Shown here one piece after another: positions 12,901 through 19,299 of a DNA stretch of 54,514 nt. The DNA is from Elusimicrobiota bacterium (GTDB taxonomy: Bacteria; Elusimicrobiota; Elusimicrobia; UBA1565). How positions within the stretch are numbered: the first letter of the stretch is position 1; every line of letters starts with the position of its first letter. Made by a program: the position numbers and the translations under genes. Below the pieces are notes generated by a model, which searched no databases, had not been told where the DNA came from, and worked only from the letters and a program-made list of their open reading frames with translations. The stretch spans positions 1-54,514 of the forward strand of contig JBDREN010000105.1 of NCBI GenBank assembly GCA_043819795.1, read 5' to 3'.

Positions 12901-15900
12901 GTGGCTGACCATCTGCCCGCCGAAATTACCCAAACGGAGGCTGGAGGCGTCCCCTATGTCGACGCGATAGGACGTTTCCGACTCGGACCGGATGTAGCCG
13001 TCGGTGTACGGCCCGCTGTCGCCCGACGTGGACGGCGAGGAGACCGTGACCTCCGTCTGCGTGAAGCCCTCCACCGCGCTCCCGGCCGGCTTCGCCGCCA
13101 GCGTCCACGTGTAGCTCAGGGGCTGGCCGTCCGCGTCGGTGCTCCCGCTCCCGTCCATCGTGGCCACGGCCCACTGCGGCAGCTCCACGTCCGGCCCCGC
13201 GTCCGCCACCGGCGCGTTGTTGGCCGGCCGCAGGAAGTAGCTCACGCGCCTGGAGTTCGTGTCCGCGATGGCCATGTTCCCCTGGGGGTCGAAGGCCACG
13301 CCATGGCACCCGTTCAAGCTGGCCGCGGTCGGGGGCCAGGTTTCCCCGGTGGAGGTGAAATCGGCCTTTCCGACCACGCGCGAGGCGGACATGCCGTTCG
13401 AGAACGGCGGCCTGAACTCGAGGGCGCGGCCCACGTTCTCGGCCTCCACGACCCAGAGGCTGCCTTGCGCGTCGAACCCCACGTCCCGCGGATAGCGGAA
13501 CCGGCTCGCTTTGGTGTCGGCGACACTGGAGGTGAAGTTGTCCTGGCCGATGACCAGGTCCGCGCTCATCCCGCTGGCGAAAGGCGGGGAGAAGCGCATG
13601 ACGCGCCGGTTGTCGTTCTCGGCGACCCATAGGTTCCCCTCGGAGTCGAACGCCAGGCCGCGGGGCGAGTAGAGCGTGCTCGCGGTGGTGCCGTAGCCGC
13701 CTATGATGACGTCGGCGCTCATGCCGGTGCTCAGGGGCGCCTTGAAGCGGACCACGCGGTAGTTGCCCGTATCCGCCACCCACAGGTTCCCGTCCGGGTC
13801 GACGGCCACGCCCCAGGGGCCGGAGAGCTGGTCCGGGGCCCCGCCGGCGCCCCCCCAGCCGAAGTCCGCCCTGCCGATGACCATGTCCGCGTCCATCCTG
13901 TCCGTGAAGGGGGGGGTGAACCGCAGGACGCGGTGGTCCCTGTTGTCCACCACCCAGAGCCTTCCCGTGGAGTCGAACGCCATGCCCCTCGGCCAGAAGA
14001 ACCTGTTCGCCCCGCCGTAGCCGAAGCCGCCCAGAACGAGCGAGGCGTCCATGCCCCCGGCGAGCGGAGCGTCGTAGCGCAGCACCTCGCTCTTGCCCCA
14101 GTCGCTGACCCAGAGGTTTCCGGCGCTGTCGAACGCGACGGAATACGGATTGGACGAGCCCGCGTAGCTGGCGAAGTCCGGCTGGCCCACCACCAGCCCG
14201 GCCTCCTGGCCGTTCTGGAAAGCCCCGTCCGCGGCCGGAGGCAGGGCGTTCACGGTGAGCTCCAACGTATCCTCGACCGTGCCTCCCTCCCGGCCGTCCG
14301 AGACGGTCAGCCGCACCATGTAGATGCCCGCGGAATCCGCCACGAAGGCCGCCGTGGTTTCGCCCGGCCGCTGATGGACGACCGGAGCGCTGCCCTGGGG
14401 CGCGGACGCGACCCCCCATGTCAGCGTGACGGGGTCTCCATCGGCGTCGGCGCCGCTGCCGTCGACGACCACGAGCGCTCCCCGCGTCACCGTCTGGTCC
14501 GCGCCGGCCTCCGCCGTGGGCGGAGTGTTCGGAGGCAGCGTCGTCGCGCCCCCGAGGTCCGTGAAGGGCGTCTCCTCGGCGGTCTGGCCCTTGGCTTTGA
14601 CCCGGGCGTAATAAGCCGTATCCGAATCGAGCCCCGCGAAGGCGTGGCCGGCGTCCGTGATCCATCCGCTCTCCATCGGCGCCCCCGCGAAGCCGGGGTC
14701 GGCGGAGAGCTGCGCGAGGTACTGCACGCCCGCGGGATTCCCCGCCGCCGCCCACCTCACGGTGAGGGCATGGGCATCCAGGTGCGGGAAATCGTCAAGC
14801 GCCCCGGCGAAGGCCACCAGCCGCGCGTTGTTCCAATCGGCGACCCACAGGAGCCCCTCGTGGAAGGCGATCCCTATGGGGCTGGTCATACTGGCCGGAC
14901 CGCTGCCCCAGGCCCCGGAGACGAAATCGGTCTGCCCCAGCACCGAGGTGGCCGGCATGCCGTTGAAAAGGGGCGGGTCGAAGACGAGGACGCGGTGGGT
15001 GATGTTGTCGGACAAGAATACCTTGCCGGAGGGGTCGAACGCGATCCCGAGCGGGCAGCGCATGGTCGTCTGGTTGTCGTAGTAGTTGCTGACGACGAAA
15101 TCCCCCTGCCCCAGGACCAGAGCGGCGTCCATGCCGTCGGCGAAAGGCGGGCTGAACATGAGCGCCCGGTAGTTGCCGTTGTCCGCCACCCACACGTTGC
15201 CCGACGCGTCCACCGCGACCTGGAAGGCCCAGCGCATCCTGTTTCCGGCGCGGGCCTCGCCGCCCGAGGTGAAGTCCGCCTGGCCCAGGACCAAAGAAGC
15301 GTCCATCCCGTCCGAGAAGGGGGGGGTGAACTCGAGCACCCGGTTGTTGTAGGCGTCGGCCACCCACACGTTGCCGGAGGCGTCGGCCGCCACGTCGAAG
15401 GGCTGGTTCATCCCGCTCCGGGTCGTGGCCTCGCAGCAGGCGGTGAAGTCGGGCTGGCCGAGGACGACCGACGCGTCCATGCCGGACTCGAAGGGAGGGC
15501 TGAACATGAGCACCCGATGGTTGGATCTGTCCGCGACCCATAGGTTGCCGGAGGGGTCGAAGGCGAGGCCCATGGGCATCGAAAGCCTGTCGCGGTCCCG
15601 GCCGGCGGTGGAGGACGTGAGGTCCTCCTGCCCCAGGACGATCGTGGCGGCCCGGAGGCCGTCGTGCGGCGGCGGGAACATGGTCACGCGGTTGTGCTGT
15701 CCGTCCGCCACCCAGAGGTTGCCGGAGGAATCGAACGCGATGTCGGCGGGAGTGTAGACGCTGGTCGCGCTCGGCCCGAAACGGCTGACCGTGTCCAGGC
15801 CGGCTTGCCCCAGCACGGCCGCCTCCTCCTGCCCGTCCTCGAAGCGATAGAAAGGCGCGGGGGCTTGCGCCGGCGTGTATCCGCTCGTCGGGGCGGAAAA

Positions 15901-18900
15901 GCCGCTCTGCCCGAAGGGATTGGAGGCGATGACCCGGAGGTGATACTGGGTGTCGGGGGAGAGGTAGGTGGCCTTCGCGGCGTTCGTCCGCGAAGCGTAC
16001 GACAGGACCTCTCCCGAGAACGCCGGCGAGACCGAAGCCTGGAGCGTGTAGGACTCCGCGCCGGAGGAGGCGTCCCATCGGGCCTCGAGCGACGTCGCCG
16101 AGGCGCCGACGATCTGCAGCCCGGCGGGCGTCTGCGGAGGCACGGGCGTCGCCCCGACGGCGGTGGCGAAGGCGGTGGGGACCCCGGCCGAGGACTGCGC
16201 CCGCGGATCGGTCTCGGCGCCCTCCCCGTTGACGGCCCGGACGCGGACGGAGTATTCGGTCTCTGGCTCCAATCCGTCGATCGTGGCGCTGGCGGCGGTG
16301 TGGGCGTCGTCGAAGGATATCGCCACCACGTCGTGCGCCGCGAAGCCGTCCTTCGAATAGCTCACCTCGTAGCGGGTATGGCCCGGGTTGGACGCGTCGC
16401 CCCACGAAACGGAGAGGCTGGTCAATCCGGCCGGGGCGACCGTCAAATCCGCGGGGGGGTTGGCGTGGGTGTAGGCGTGCGGGTCATCCGAGAACGGCCC
16501 GGGGACGCCGGACTGGTCGAAGCTCACCACGGACCAGTGGTAGTGGGTGTTGGGCGCGAGGCCCGGGCCCGCGTCGTTCGAGGAGCTCCCCGGGTGGGGC
16601 ACGTCCGGCTCGACGCGGGTCAGCTCGGGGTCGGTCAACGAGGCGAAGGGATGGTCCCCGGCCGCCCGGTAGACGGCGTATTTGCCGACGTTCGGCTCGG
16701 TCCGCGGGGTCCAGCTCACCGTCGCCTCGCCGGGCCCCTGGACGCTCACGCTCACGGCGGTCACGGCCTCGGGCGGAGCGGCGGCCTTGAGCGCGAAGCT
16801 CTCGGTGGCCGTCTGGCCGTCGTTGTTGGTCGCGGTGAACTCGATCCGGTTGAGCGTCTCGGAAGGCGCCAGCCCCGTGATGCCCGCGACGGTCAGATAA
16901 TGCGGGTCCTTGTCCGTCGTCCCGCCGGAGGCCGGCTCCATGCTGAGTCCGGAGTCCGGAACTTCGGCATAGTGCGCGCCCCCGTCGACGGTGTAGCGGG
17001 CCGAGAAGGCGCCGCCCGCCTCGATCGCGAAGTCCGCGAAGTCCGCGAAGTCCTGCGCGATCTCCGCGGGGCTTCGGGCCGCGCCCAGGATGCGGAAGCT
17101 GTCGACGATCCCCCAGTTCTGGGTTCCTCCCCCGGCGTTGCCGATGTAGTTCACGTCCTGCGTCAGCTTGACCGAAGAGGTGCCCACGTGGTCCGCGTCG
17201 ATGTAGAAGAGGGTCTGGCCGCCGGTGCCGACCGCCGTCAGAAGGTGCCAGCCGGACAACGGGTCGACGTCGTAGTTGCAGGAATAGAACGCCCCGCTAT
17301 AGACGCCGAGAAGGCCGTCGTTCCGGACGAGGACGTGATGGTAGTTCGGCCCGTACTGGGTCAAGGTCCGCCAGCTGCCGTGGCTGGCCAGCGGGAATCT
17401 GGTCCAGGCCTGAATGGTCCAGTCCGAGCCCATCGGGACATCGGGGACGGAGACGTAGTCGGAGGAACTGTCGAAATTCAGGGCCTTGCCGAAGAGCCCC
17501 TCGGTCCACGCCGGAGGCCCGTTGAGGCTGCCGTTCTCGCCGTTGCCGGACGCGTCCGAGACCGAGGTCCCCGTCCCTTCGTCGAACTGCCACAGGCCCC
17601 TCGTCTGCCCGGCGACGGCCCCGAGCGGAGCGCCCGTGGCGACCATGGTCTCGCTCGGACGGTCCGCGAAGTCCTCCGCGATCTCCTCGGGAGTCCGGGC
17701 CGCGTCCAGGATGCGCACGCTGTCGACGGAACCCCAATTCTGGGTTCCTCCCCCGGCGTTGCCGATGTAGTTCACGTCCTGCGTCAGCTTGACCGAAGAG
17801 GTGCCCACGTGGTCCGCGTCGATGTAGAAGAGCGTCTGGCTGCCGGTGCCCACCGCCGTCAGAAGGTGCCAGCCGGACAATGGGTCGACGTCGTAGTTGC
17901 AGGAATAGAACGCCGCGCTATAGACCCCGAGAAGGCCGTCGTTGCGCACGAGGATGTGATGATAGTTCGGCCCGTACTGGGTCAAGGTCCGCCAGCTGCC
18001 GTTGCTCGCCAGCGGGAATTTGGTCCAGGCCTGAATGGTCCATTCGGAGCCCATCGGGATGTCGGGGACGCTGACGTAGTCGGAGGAGCTGTCGAAATCC
18101 AGGGCCTTGCCGAAGAGCCCGTCCGTCCACGCCGGAGGCCCGCTGAGGCTTCCGTTCGCACCGTTGCCCGAGGAGTCCGCCGCCGAGGCCCCGCTTCCCT
18201 CGTCGAACTGCCACAGGCCTCTCGTGTGTTCGGCGACGGCCCCGAGCGGAGCGCCCGCGGCCCCCGGCGCGGTCACGGTCGCGCGCGCGTAGTCCTCGTG
18301 GATCTGCTCCGCGGTGGCGGAGTAGTTCAGGATGCGCATCTCGTCCAGGAGCCCTTCATAGTACCCGTAGTAGTAGCTGAAACCGGAGACGGCGGCCGAG
18401 GGATAGACATTCGCTCTGGGGCTGGTCAAGCCGGTCCGCACCAGGGCCCCGTTGACGTACAGGTGCGGCCGCTTGTCCGCGTAGACCACCGCGATGTGCG
18501 TCCAGCCCGAGATGGCGGCGTTGTACACGAGCAAAGAAGGGATGTATTGGTGCCCGTGCTCGAAGACGCTGATCCCGTCGGTCCCGACCGAGACCCCCGC
18601 TCCCGCGTCGGCTCCCACGAATCCTCCGTGCACCGGGGCGATCGCGTAGCGCTGTCCCGAGAGCCCGGCATAGCCGGAGGTGGATTCCGCGGTGGCGCTC
18701 CGGGTCGCGGCGGGATAGGCCCAGAACTCGATCGTGAAGTTGTTGGGGGCGCCGGTGAGCAGGCCCCCGGCTCCGGCGCAGTCGTCTATCCCGTCGAAGG
18801 AAAGGGCCTCTCCGACCTTGCCGGCGGCCCACCCCGTCCCGTTCTGGAGGGTGAAGGCCGCTCCGTTTCCGGAGGCCTCCGAGGCCGCGGTCCCGGAGCC

Positions 18901-19182
18901 CTCGTCGAAATGCCAGAGGCCCAGGGTCCCCGGGATGTTCCGGAGCCGCGCGTCCGAGAGCCTGAGCCCCACGGCGGGGTCATGGGCCGTGATCCGGGCG
19001 GAATGGCTGATTCCGGCCGGAGAAGACGGCAGCATGGCGGTGTCCGCGCTCGCCCATTGCCCATCGGAGCCCAGGACCTGGGGGGAGGAGAACTCCAGCG
19101 CGGACGCGCGCGCTCCCCAAAGCACGCTGGCCGCGACCAGGACGACCGTCGACTGCAGCTTCCAATGTCTTTCGGATTTCAT
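1..19182 (-). CDS. Giant secreted multidomain surface/adhesin-like protein, 5' end complete, 3' end runs off window start (>6,390 codons): signal peptide, 3x LamG (concanavalin A-like), FN3 domains, PKD domains, Big_9/cadherin-like domains, >=6 NHL-type beta-propellers, C-terminal tandem ~79-aa Ig-like domains
   Basis: ATG at 19182 gives MKSERHWKLQSTVVLVAASVLWGARASA (signal peptide) with an AGGGA SD-like motif upstream. No minus-strand ORF in this frame (first base = 0 mod 3) is reported anywhere between 1 and 19182, so there is no in-frame stop; the chance ORF length at this GC is ~50 codons. Spot translations at ~18780-19080, 15661-15720, 9541-9600, 7141-7200, 6421-6480, 3241-3420 and 781-1380 all give coherent domain sequence. 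Examples: LWHFDEGSGTAASEASGNG...ALSFDGIDD (LamG), NLWVADGQHNRVTMFPPP (NHL), DLAGNSASVTLEGIKID (Ig-like). The track omits it because it has no stop within the window. Confidence 0.85.
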   Translation of the reverse strand, partial: MKSERHWKLQSTVVLVAASVLWGARASALEFSSPQVLGSDGQWASADTAMLPSSPAGISHSARITAHDPAVGLRLSDARLRNIPGTLGLWHFDEGSGTAASEASGNGAAFTLQNGTGWAAGKVGEALSFDGIDDCAGAGGLLTGAPNNFTIEFWAYPAATRSATAESTSGYAGLSGQRYAIAPVHGGFVGADAGAGVSVGTDGISVFEHGHQYIPSLLVYNAAISGWTHIAVVYADKRPHLYVNGALVRTGLTSPRANVYPSAAVSGFSYYYGYYEGLLDEMRILNYSATAEQIHEDYARATVTAPGAAGAPLGAVAEHTRGLWQFDEGSGASAADSSGNGANGSLSGPPAWTDGLFGKALDFDSSSDYVSVPDIPMGSEWTIQAWTKFPLASNGSWRTLTQYGPNYHHILVRNDGLLGVYSAAFYSCNYDVDPLSGWHLLTAVGTGSQTLFYIDADHVGTSSVKLTQDVNYIGNAGGGTQNWGSVDSVRILDAARTPEEIAEDFADRPSETMVATGAPLGAVAGQTRGLWQFDEGTGTSVSDASGNGENGSLNGPPAWTEGLFGKALNFDSSSDYVSVPDVPMGSDWTIQAWTRFPLASHGSWRTLTQYGPNYHHVLVRNDGLLGVYSGAFYSCNYDVDPLSGWHLLTAVGTGGQTLFYIDADHVGTSSVKLTQDVNYIGNAGGGTQNWGIVDSFRILGAARSPAEIAQDFADFADFAIEAGGAFSARYTVDGGAHYAEVPDSGLSMEPASGGTTDKDPHYLTVAGITGLAPSETLNRIEFTATNNDGQTATESFALKAAAPPEAVTAVSVSVQGPGEATVSWTPRTEPNVGKYAVYRAAGDHPFASLTDPELTRVEPDVPHPGSSSNDAGPGLAPNTHYHWSVVSFDQSGVPGPFSDDPHAYTHANPPADLTVAPAGLTSLSVSWGDASNPGHTRYEVSYSKDGFAAHDVVAISFDDAHTAASATIDGLEPETEYSVRVRAVNGEGAETDPRAQSSAGVPTAFATAVGATPVPPQTPAGLQIVGASATSLEARWDASSGAESYTLQASVSPAFSGEVLSYASRTNAAKATYLSPDTQYHLRVIASNPFGQSGFSAPTSGYTPAQAPAPFYRFEDGQEEAAVLGQAGLDTVSRFGPSATSVYTPADIAFDSSGNLWVADGQHNRVTMFPPPHDGLRAATIVLGQEDLTSSTAGRDRDRLSMPMGLAFDPSGNLWVADRSNHRVLMFSPPFESGMDASVVLGQPDFTACCEATTRSGMNQPFDVAADASGNVWVADAYNNRVLEFTPPFSDGMDASLVLGQADFTSGGEARAGNRMRWAFQVAVDASGNVWVADNGNYRALMFSPPFADGMDAALVLGQGDFVVSNYYDNQTTMRCPLGIAFDPSGKVFLSDNITHRVLVFDPPLFNGMPATSVLGQTDFVSGAWGSGPASMTSPIGIAFHEGLLWVADWNNARLVAFAGALDDFPHLDAHALTVRWAAAGNPAGVQYLAQLSADPGFAGAPMESGWITDAGHAFAGLDSDTAYYARVKAKGQTAEETPFTDLGGATTLPPNTPPTAEAGADQTVTRGALVVVDGSGADADGDPVTLTWGVASAPQGSAPVVHQRPGETTAAFVADSAGIYMVRLTVSDGREGGTVEDTLELTVNALPPAADGAFQNGQEAGLVVGQPDFASYAGSSNPYSVAFDSAGNLWVSDWGKSEVLRYDAPLAGGMDASLVLGGFGYGGANRFFWPRGMAFDSTGRLWVVDNRDHRVLRFTPPFTDRMDADMVIGRADFGWGGAGGAPDQLSGPWGVAVDPDGNLWVADTGNYRVVRFKAPLSTGMSADVIIGGYGTTASTLYSPRGLAFDSEGNLWVAENDNRRVMRFSPPFASGMSADLVIGQDNFTSSVADTKASRFRYPRDVGFDAQGSLWVVEAENVGRALEFRPPFSNGMSASRVVGKADFTSTGETWPPTAASLNGCHGVAFDPQGNMAIADTNSRRVSYFLRPANNAPVADAGPDVELPQWAVATMDGSGSTDADGQPLSYTWTLAAKPAGSAVEGFTQTEVTVSSPSTSGDSGPYTDGYIRSESETSYRVDIGDASSLRLGNFGGQMVSHVYVGFDASFISPGASIVKATLKMYVWGGYLAEIGPAIVDLVDFGEALEFEDDSEPALVSNAATFLSEDYPAAGYHPVDVTEAVREALSSGLVPQFRIRAANEYAVGAQRLVYFSPSERSAAERPLLEITISPAWNRAQFQADAYGAYELQLTVSDGSLSSVDTAVVTAVRNDRPVADAQTAQAVRDGALPITLTASDREGAELGFAIVSPPSHGTLEGTPPNVTYLPAPGYLGADGFSFKVNDGVVDSDEAAVGISVVPLPEAPPALLAQLPPSGAAGMHGSYELAADRSGNWYVGQHSCCIMKYDIRGDLLLKWGAGGGGAGQFGTIGGMAFDSAGNVYVAGASNHRVQKFDAGGNFLMQWGAQGSGDGQFETPTGIGVDAAGNVYVLENAGQRVQKFSSGGGFLGKWSVGAGMQALGVDSTGGVFVLGGGSLLKYDSSGNQLAAWSLHGEDANGLAVDRFDRVYAAYRPVPAEDPVVRKIKRFTSDGLLSAEWRTDSDYVGNLAVDASGIVYAGHWHGEGKVVRYTAEGGLIDEFGGTSPGSLAGPSGVAVDASGNVYVADTNHNQVQKFDPAGRFVARWGREEGYSGGGDGQFNRPMDVAVDGSGNMYVVDFYNCRVQKFDAGGNFATKWGGGCGSGDTQFYLPSGIAVDAGGNVYVMDQYNNKVKKFDPNGNLLASWGAPGAGNGEFDRPERVAVDASGNIVVADTRNHRVQVFDPNGVFLSKWGVPGDRNGQLEYPAGLALDSSGNVYLTDAGNPLDPGQNNSRVQKFDAAGGLLTTWGTLGTDAGEFRYARDAAVGPDGRVYVADNENNRVQVFGAGAPPPVAHAQAVETQEDAAVAITLTGTGQGLAYTVVSGPEHGSLSGAAPNLSYTPQSGYYGFDAVVFKVSAGGVESAPAAAAIVVRNADDPPSFDAIADQASPMDGPAETVPIGGVSAGYNDPESVGMSAVSSDPSVVPHPVITGAGAVRSLSYQPAPGRSGTVTVTVTADDGRPPGDTFSRSFAITVYEAAPAAPSGLGIAGATATSLEAEWATSAGAETYTVEASVAAGFTGEVLSQLVETNRASVIGLSPDTLYYVRVKAANSGGESSFCAAASGTTSVYAPAPYYSFQTGQAAQAVLGQADASSNAAFGPSRASINSPVDMAFDASGNLWVVEMENHRILMFEPPHTGLRDATLVLGQAGFDFIDAGVSERRFWYPESIAFDPHGNLWVADRQNNRVLMFKPPFGTDMAASLVLGQDSFTTRSYVYGNDLSRMYQPAGVAADGAGNVFVADRHNSRVLLFSPPFSNGMAATRIIAHYEYVARPASLYYPNHVAVDRLGRLWVADYNHNRAVRFSPPFEDGMSADLVLGNPDLYASDYQTTRTATKKTWGIAIDPTGKVFVGDETNHRVMVFDPPLSDGMPAAAALGQADFTSGASGLGPDRLDDPRGAAFHDGTLWVADYNNRRLLAFAGTLDNFPYVNTFSLVVRWAAPGNPPGTQYLVELSDDPGFPAPLQSGWITDTSHTFPGLRKETAYHARVKAKGQMGVETTYTLLGGTTTRSDNAPPAADAGPDRTVDQGELVVVEGGGSDPDGDPVSIAGWEIVSSPGGGPVLHHRAGETAAAFVADSLGVYTLRLTVSDGREGGTDQDTVEITAHAPPAASHGAFQNGQDASVVLGAPDYAAFGSVNALRTLFDGSGNVWMSDGSKHRVLRYDAPLGTGAEPSLVLGQENLADGGSGLAADRLNSPNGMAFDPAGRLWVADSGNNRVLRFTPPFGDGMDADLVLGQAGFEANAAGSGAGELDGPRDVGFDGNGRLWLADTRNHRVLRFSPDPLQGFSSAMSAELVIGQSDFGLSGAGTTAGAMNSPRAVAFDASGDLWVSERDNHRILRFRPDPVNGFSTGMSADLVIGQDGFTSNTRYPYGPTRLSYPDAIAFDAEGSLWVAGSDHSRVFGFRPPFETGMAASRVLGRTEFNTTGCGRSQSRICEVYGVAFDRLGNLAVADTGNYRVMYFVRPPNIAPVADAGPDLELPQWAVAMVDGSGSYDAEERPISYTWSILTKPAGSAVSGFTQTENVISTPGASGPYLDGYIQFAGATPDGVNTGYTLFAGDFGGNRPVRSFMGFDVSFMPPGATVERAILKLYVSSAYDVDIGPVIVDLVDFGDTLELTDDAQPPVLAGVATFLGSAVRGGYTSLDVTAAVREALSRGLAPQFRIRATNEVSIPTQELVYIVPAEGDAAQRPRLEITVSPPVDKAQFQADAYGTYEVRLTVSDGWLSTDDTALVTAVRNDRPVADPQTAQAVQNGARQITLTGSDNEGAALAFAVVTQPSNGTLEGTPPGVTYLPALGYLGGDGFTFTVNDGVVDSVPAAVNISVVPPPESPPPFLAQIPRKAVKFSAFKIATDNAGNIYVGQNYCCVHKHDPAGNHLKTFGSFRYLGGVGVDSSGDYVYVSDRDNNRIIKYDSEGNQLLTWGSAGTGNGQFNGGPFGIDVGADGNVYVGEYAGGARIQKFDAQGQFLKSWAGGNYIQSVAVDSRNDVYATGVSMGINRFDSEGNLLASWAAPGGYPDLAVDRFSRVYVVARQGEWPYYSGVKKYSSTGQLLKEWDAFNDPATTVNDATADIHVGPSGIVYVPNYSLNTVRQWDTEGGFIEDWGGGVDGSLNAPNAVAMDSSGNIYVADTNNDRIQKFDPMGRFLAKWGKAGGGHGSGDGEFYRPIDVAVDAAGNIYVADFYNYRIQKLGPTGEFITKWGNNGSGDGQFSLPSGLAVDSANNVYVADRNNRVQKFDSNGTFLLKWGSSGTGDGQFNEPKRIAVNASGNIVVSDPRNNRVQMFDPNGTFLGKWDSYGSRKGQIKYPYGVGTDSSGNVFITEPRNPYNPSDNNARVQKFDASGSHLTEWGGYGSGQGQFIDPLDVASGAGGRICVADAGNNRVQIFGSGVSFPAAEALSVQTQENTAVALTLRGTGQAPVYSVVSGPDHGSLSGTPPNLTYTPETGYYGFDYVRFKVSDGGLESDTALASIVVLNVNNPPFFDEIADQAAPMDGPEATVAITGVFAGYNDPETVSFSAVSSDPLIVPDPAITSSGDTRTLSYQPAAGRSGTVTITVTADDGQAQDSIFTRTFDITIYEGPPPAPTGLSASASGAGGLGFHWNAVASAQSYTLEVSASADFTGEVHTFRTDATSVDDGGFIPDTLYSARVQAVNSMGAGAFAGPASARTLASRPVPARSFETGQNADLVLGQVDFNTKEYCNVSNGQPATQTSMCGPIGVAFDTSGNLWVSDYFSNRVMRYDPLQAGGLQSASLVLGQPDFTSTGRGTDRRTFRNPYGIALDNAGNLWVADSENHRVLRFDRPFSTHMEASLVLGQADFTTTGAATTQSGFNRPIGVAVDASGRMWVADMMNNRVLRFSPPFSDHQAADLVLGQPDFTSSGVRHLGKDLYQPRGVSVDADGNIWVADGSHLRVLRFSPPSGNYEEPNLVLGKETFTSPFPTAPTQTNTYYTHSLAFDASGKAYVVDAGHHRVLVFEPPFSNGMPASTVLGQPDFQSEIYTTAQNRLDAPREMAFDGSGALWFADHSNRRVLSFEGTPDSFRDARSQRVTAAWGGNRNPPGTEYSAQLAADPGFASPMESGWITDLSHTFTGLDPETGYYARVKARNQDGIETPYTDLGGATTLPPNRPPTVDAGADQTVDVGDLVALSGTAFDEDPEDAVSYGWTLKDSAGDPVSVEGADTLTPSFTPQKADTYTAELAASDGKEDASDTALIHALGTFESADEVNGKPELSLTAALEIAISAVDTAGDGAYLLAASHSQDLFPVGRLYDVGPHGASLDPAGALRMCYDPQVLADNGVAAGEVFLYHYAEPAWQELSAALDEESGCLSAELSELASIFGLFAVDRTSPAVAAMVPAGALQNVASPQFALAFSDTGSGAAPATLTASLDGSPRDYFVLAEGAGSMTLLFGLGEEGQRIEGEPTAETTYAMAEGERAAAFEMADRTGNKGTASASVTIDMTPPTVVVSSAPGTGQDGWSNGDVAITLECSDNHGLPEPACADPQPVAGEGAELSFSTTVVDLAGNSASVTLEGIKIDRMLPAIAASSSAATGQDGWSNGDVTVTFVCSDDGSGLAEGACPGDVTVEGEGADLSASGEVADLAGNVASVTLEGIKIDRTAPSITASRSAATGQDGWSSGDVTVSFACSDNGSGLAEGACPGSETVEGEGADLSASGEVADLAGNSASATLEGIKIDRTPPVITASSAPGTGLEGWSNVDVEVRFECADGLSGLAGPCPVAVAVDGEGADLSASADDDDQDANNTASTNGVSIK
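1400..16000 (-). repeat. Intragenic tandem super-repeat of the giant gene, ~6.3-kb period (~2,100 aa): two full copies (~9,700-16,000 and ~3,400-9,700) plus a partial copy (~1,400-3,400). Each unit reads FN3 - NHL propeller - FN3-like - PKD - NHL propeller - PKD - lectin-like 'DLVDFG' module - Big_9 - NHL propeller (NHRVQKFD type) - Big_9
   Basis: DNA/protein correspondences at constant offsets of ~6,280-6,360: 15860<->9575<->3290 (FN3/'APAP(F/Y)Y' junction), 14533<->8335<->1975, 14290<->8030, 12619<->6316, 12510<->6210 (~75% nt identity where compared). The antisense shadow ORFs 1390..6207 and 9064..13632 are visibly homologous. Confidence 0.75.
17027..17053 (-). repeat. 9-bp x3 perfect tandem repeat (gcgaagtcc)3 encoding DFADFADFA inside the giant gene
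   Basis: Read directly in sequence. The corresponding position in the preceding LamG copy has a single EDFAD. Confidence 0.9.
17090..18340 (-). repeat. Near-identical tandem duplication (period ~621 bp = 207 aa) giving LamG domains 2 and 3 of the giant protein
   Basis: 17111-17290 closely matches 17731-17910 (e.g. gttctgggttcctcccccggcgttgccgatgtagttcacgtcctgcgtcagcttgaccgaagaggtgcccacgtggtccgcgtcgatgtagaagag in both). The minus shadow ORFs 17297..17737 and 17918..18214 are homologous. Confidence 0.8.
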
Positions 19183-19299
19183 ATCCCTACCCCCACTGCG
19201 AATACTCCGCTTCGAACAGCGAAAGCGACCCACGCCGGCTTCGCCAGGACCTTTCCGTCCGTTGATACCGCATATCGGTTCTCCTCAATTAGGGTAGCC

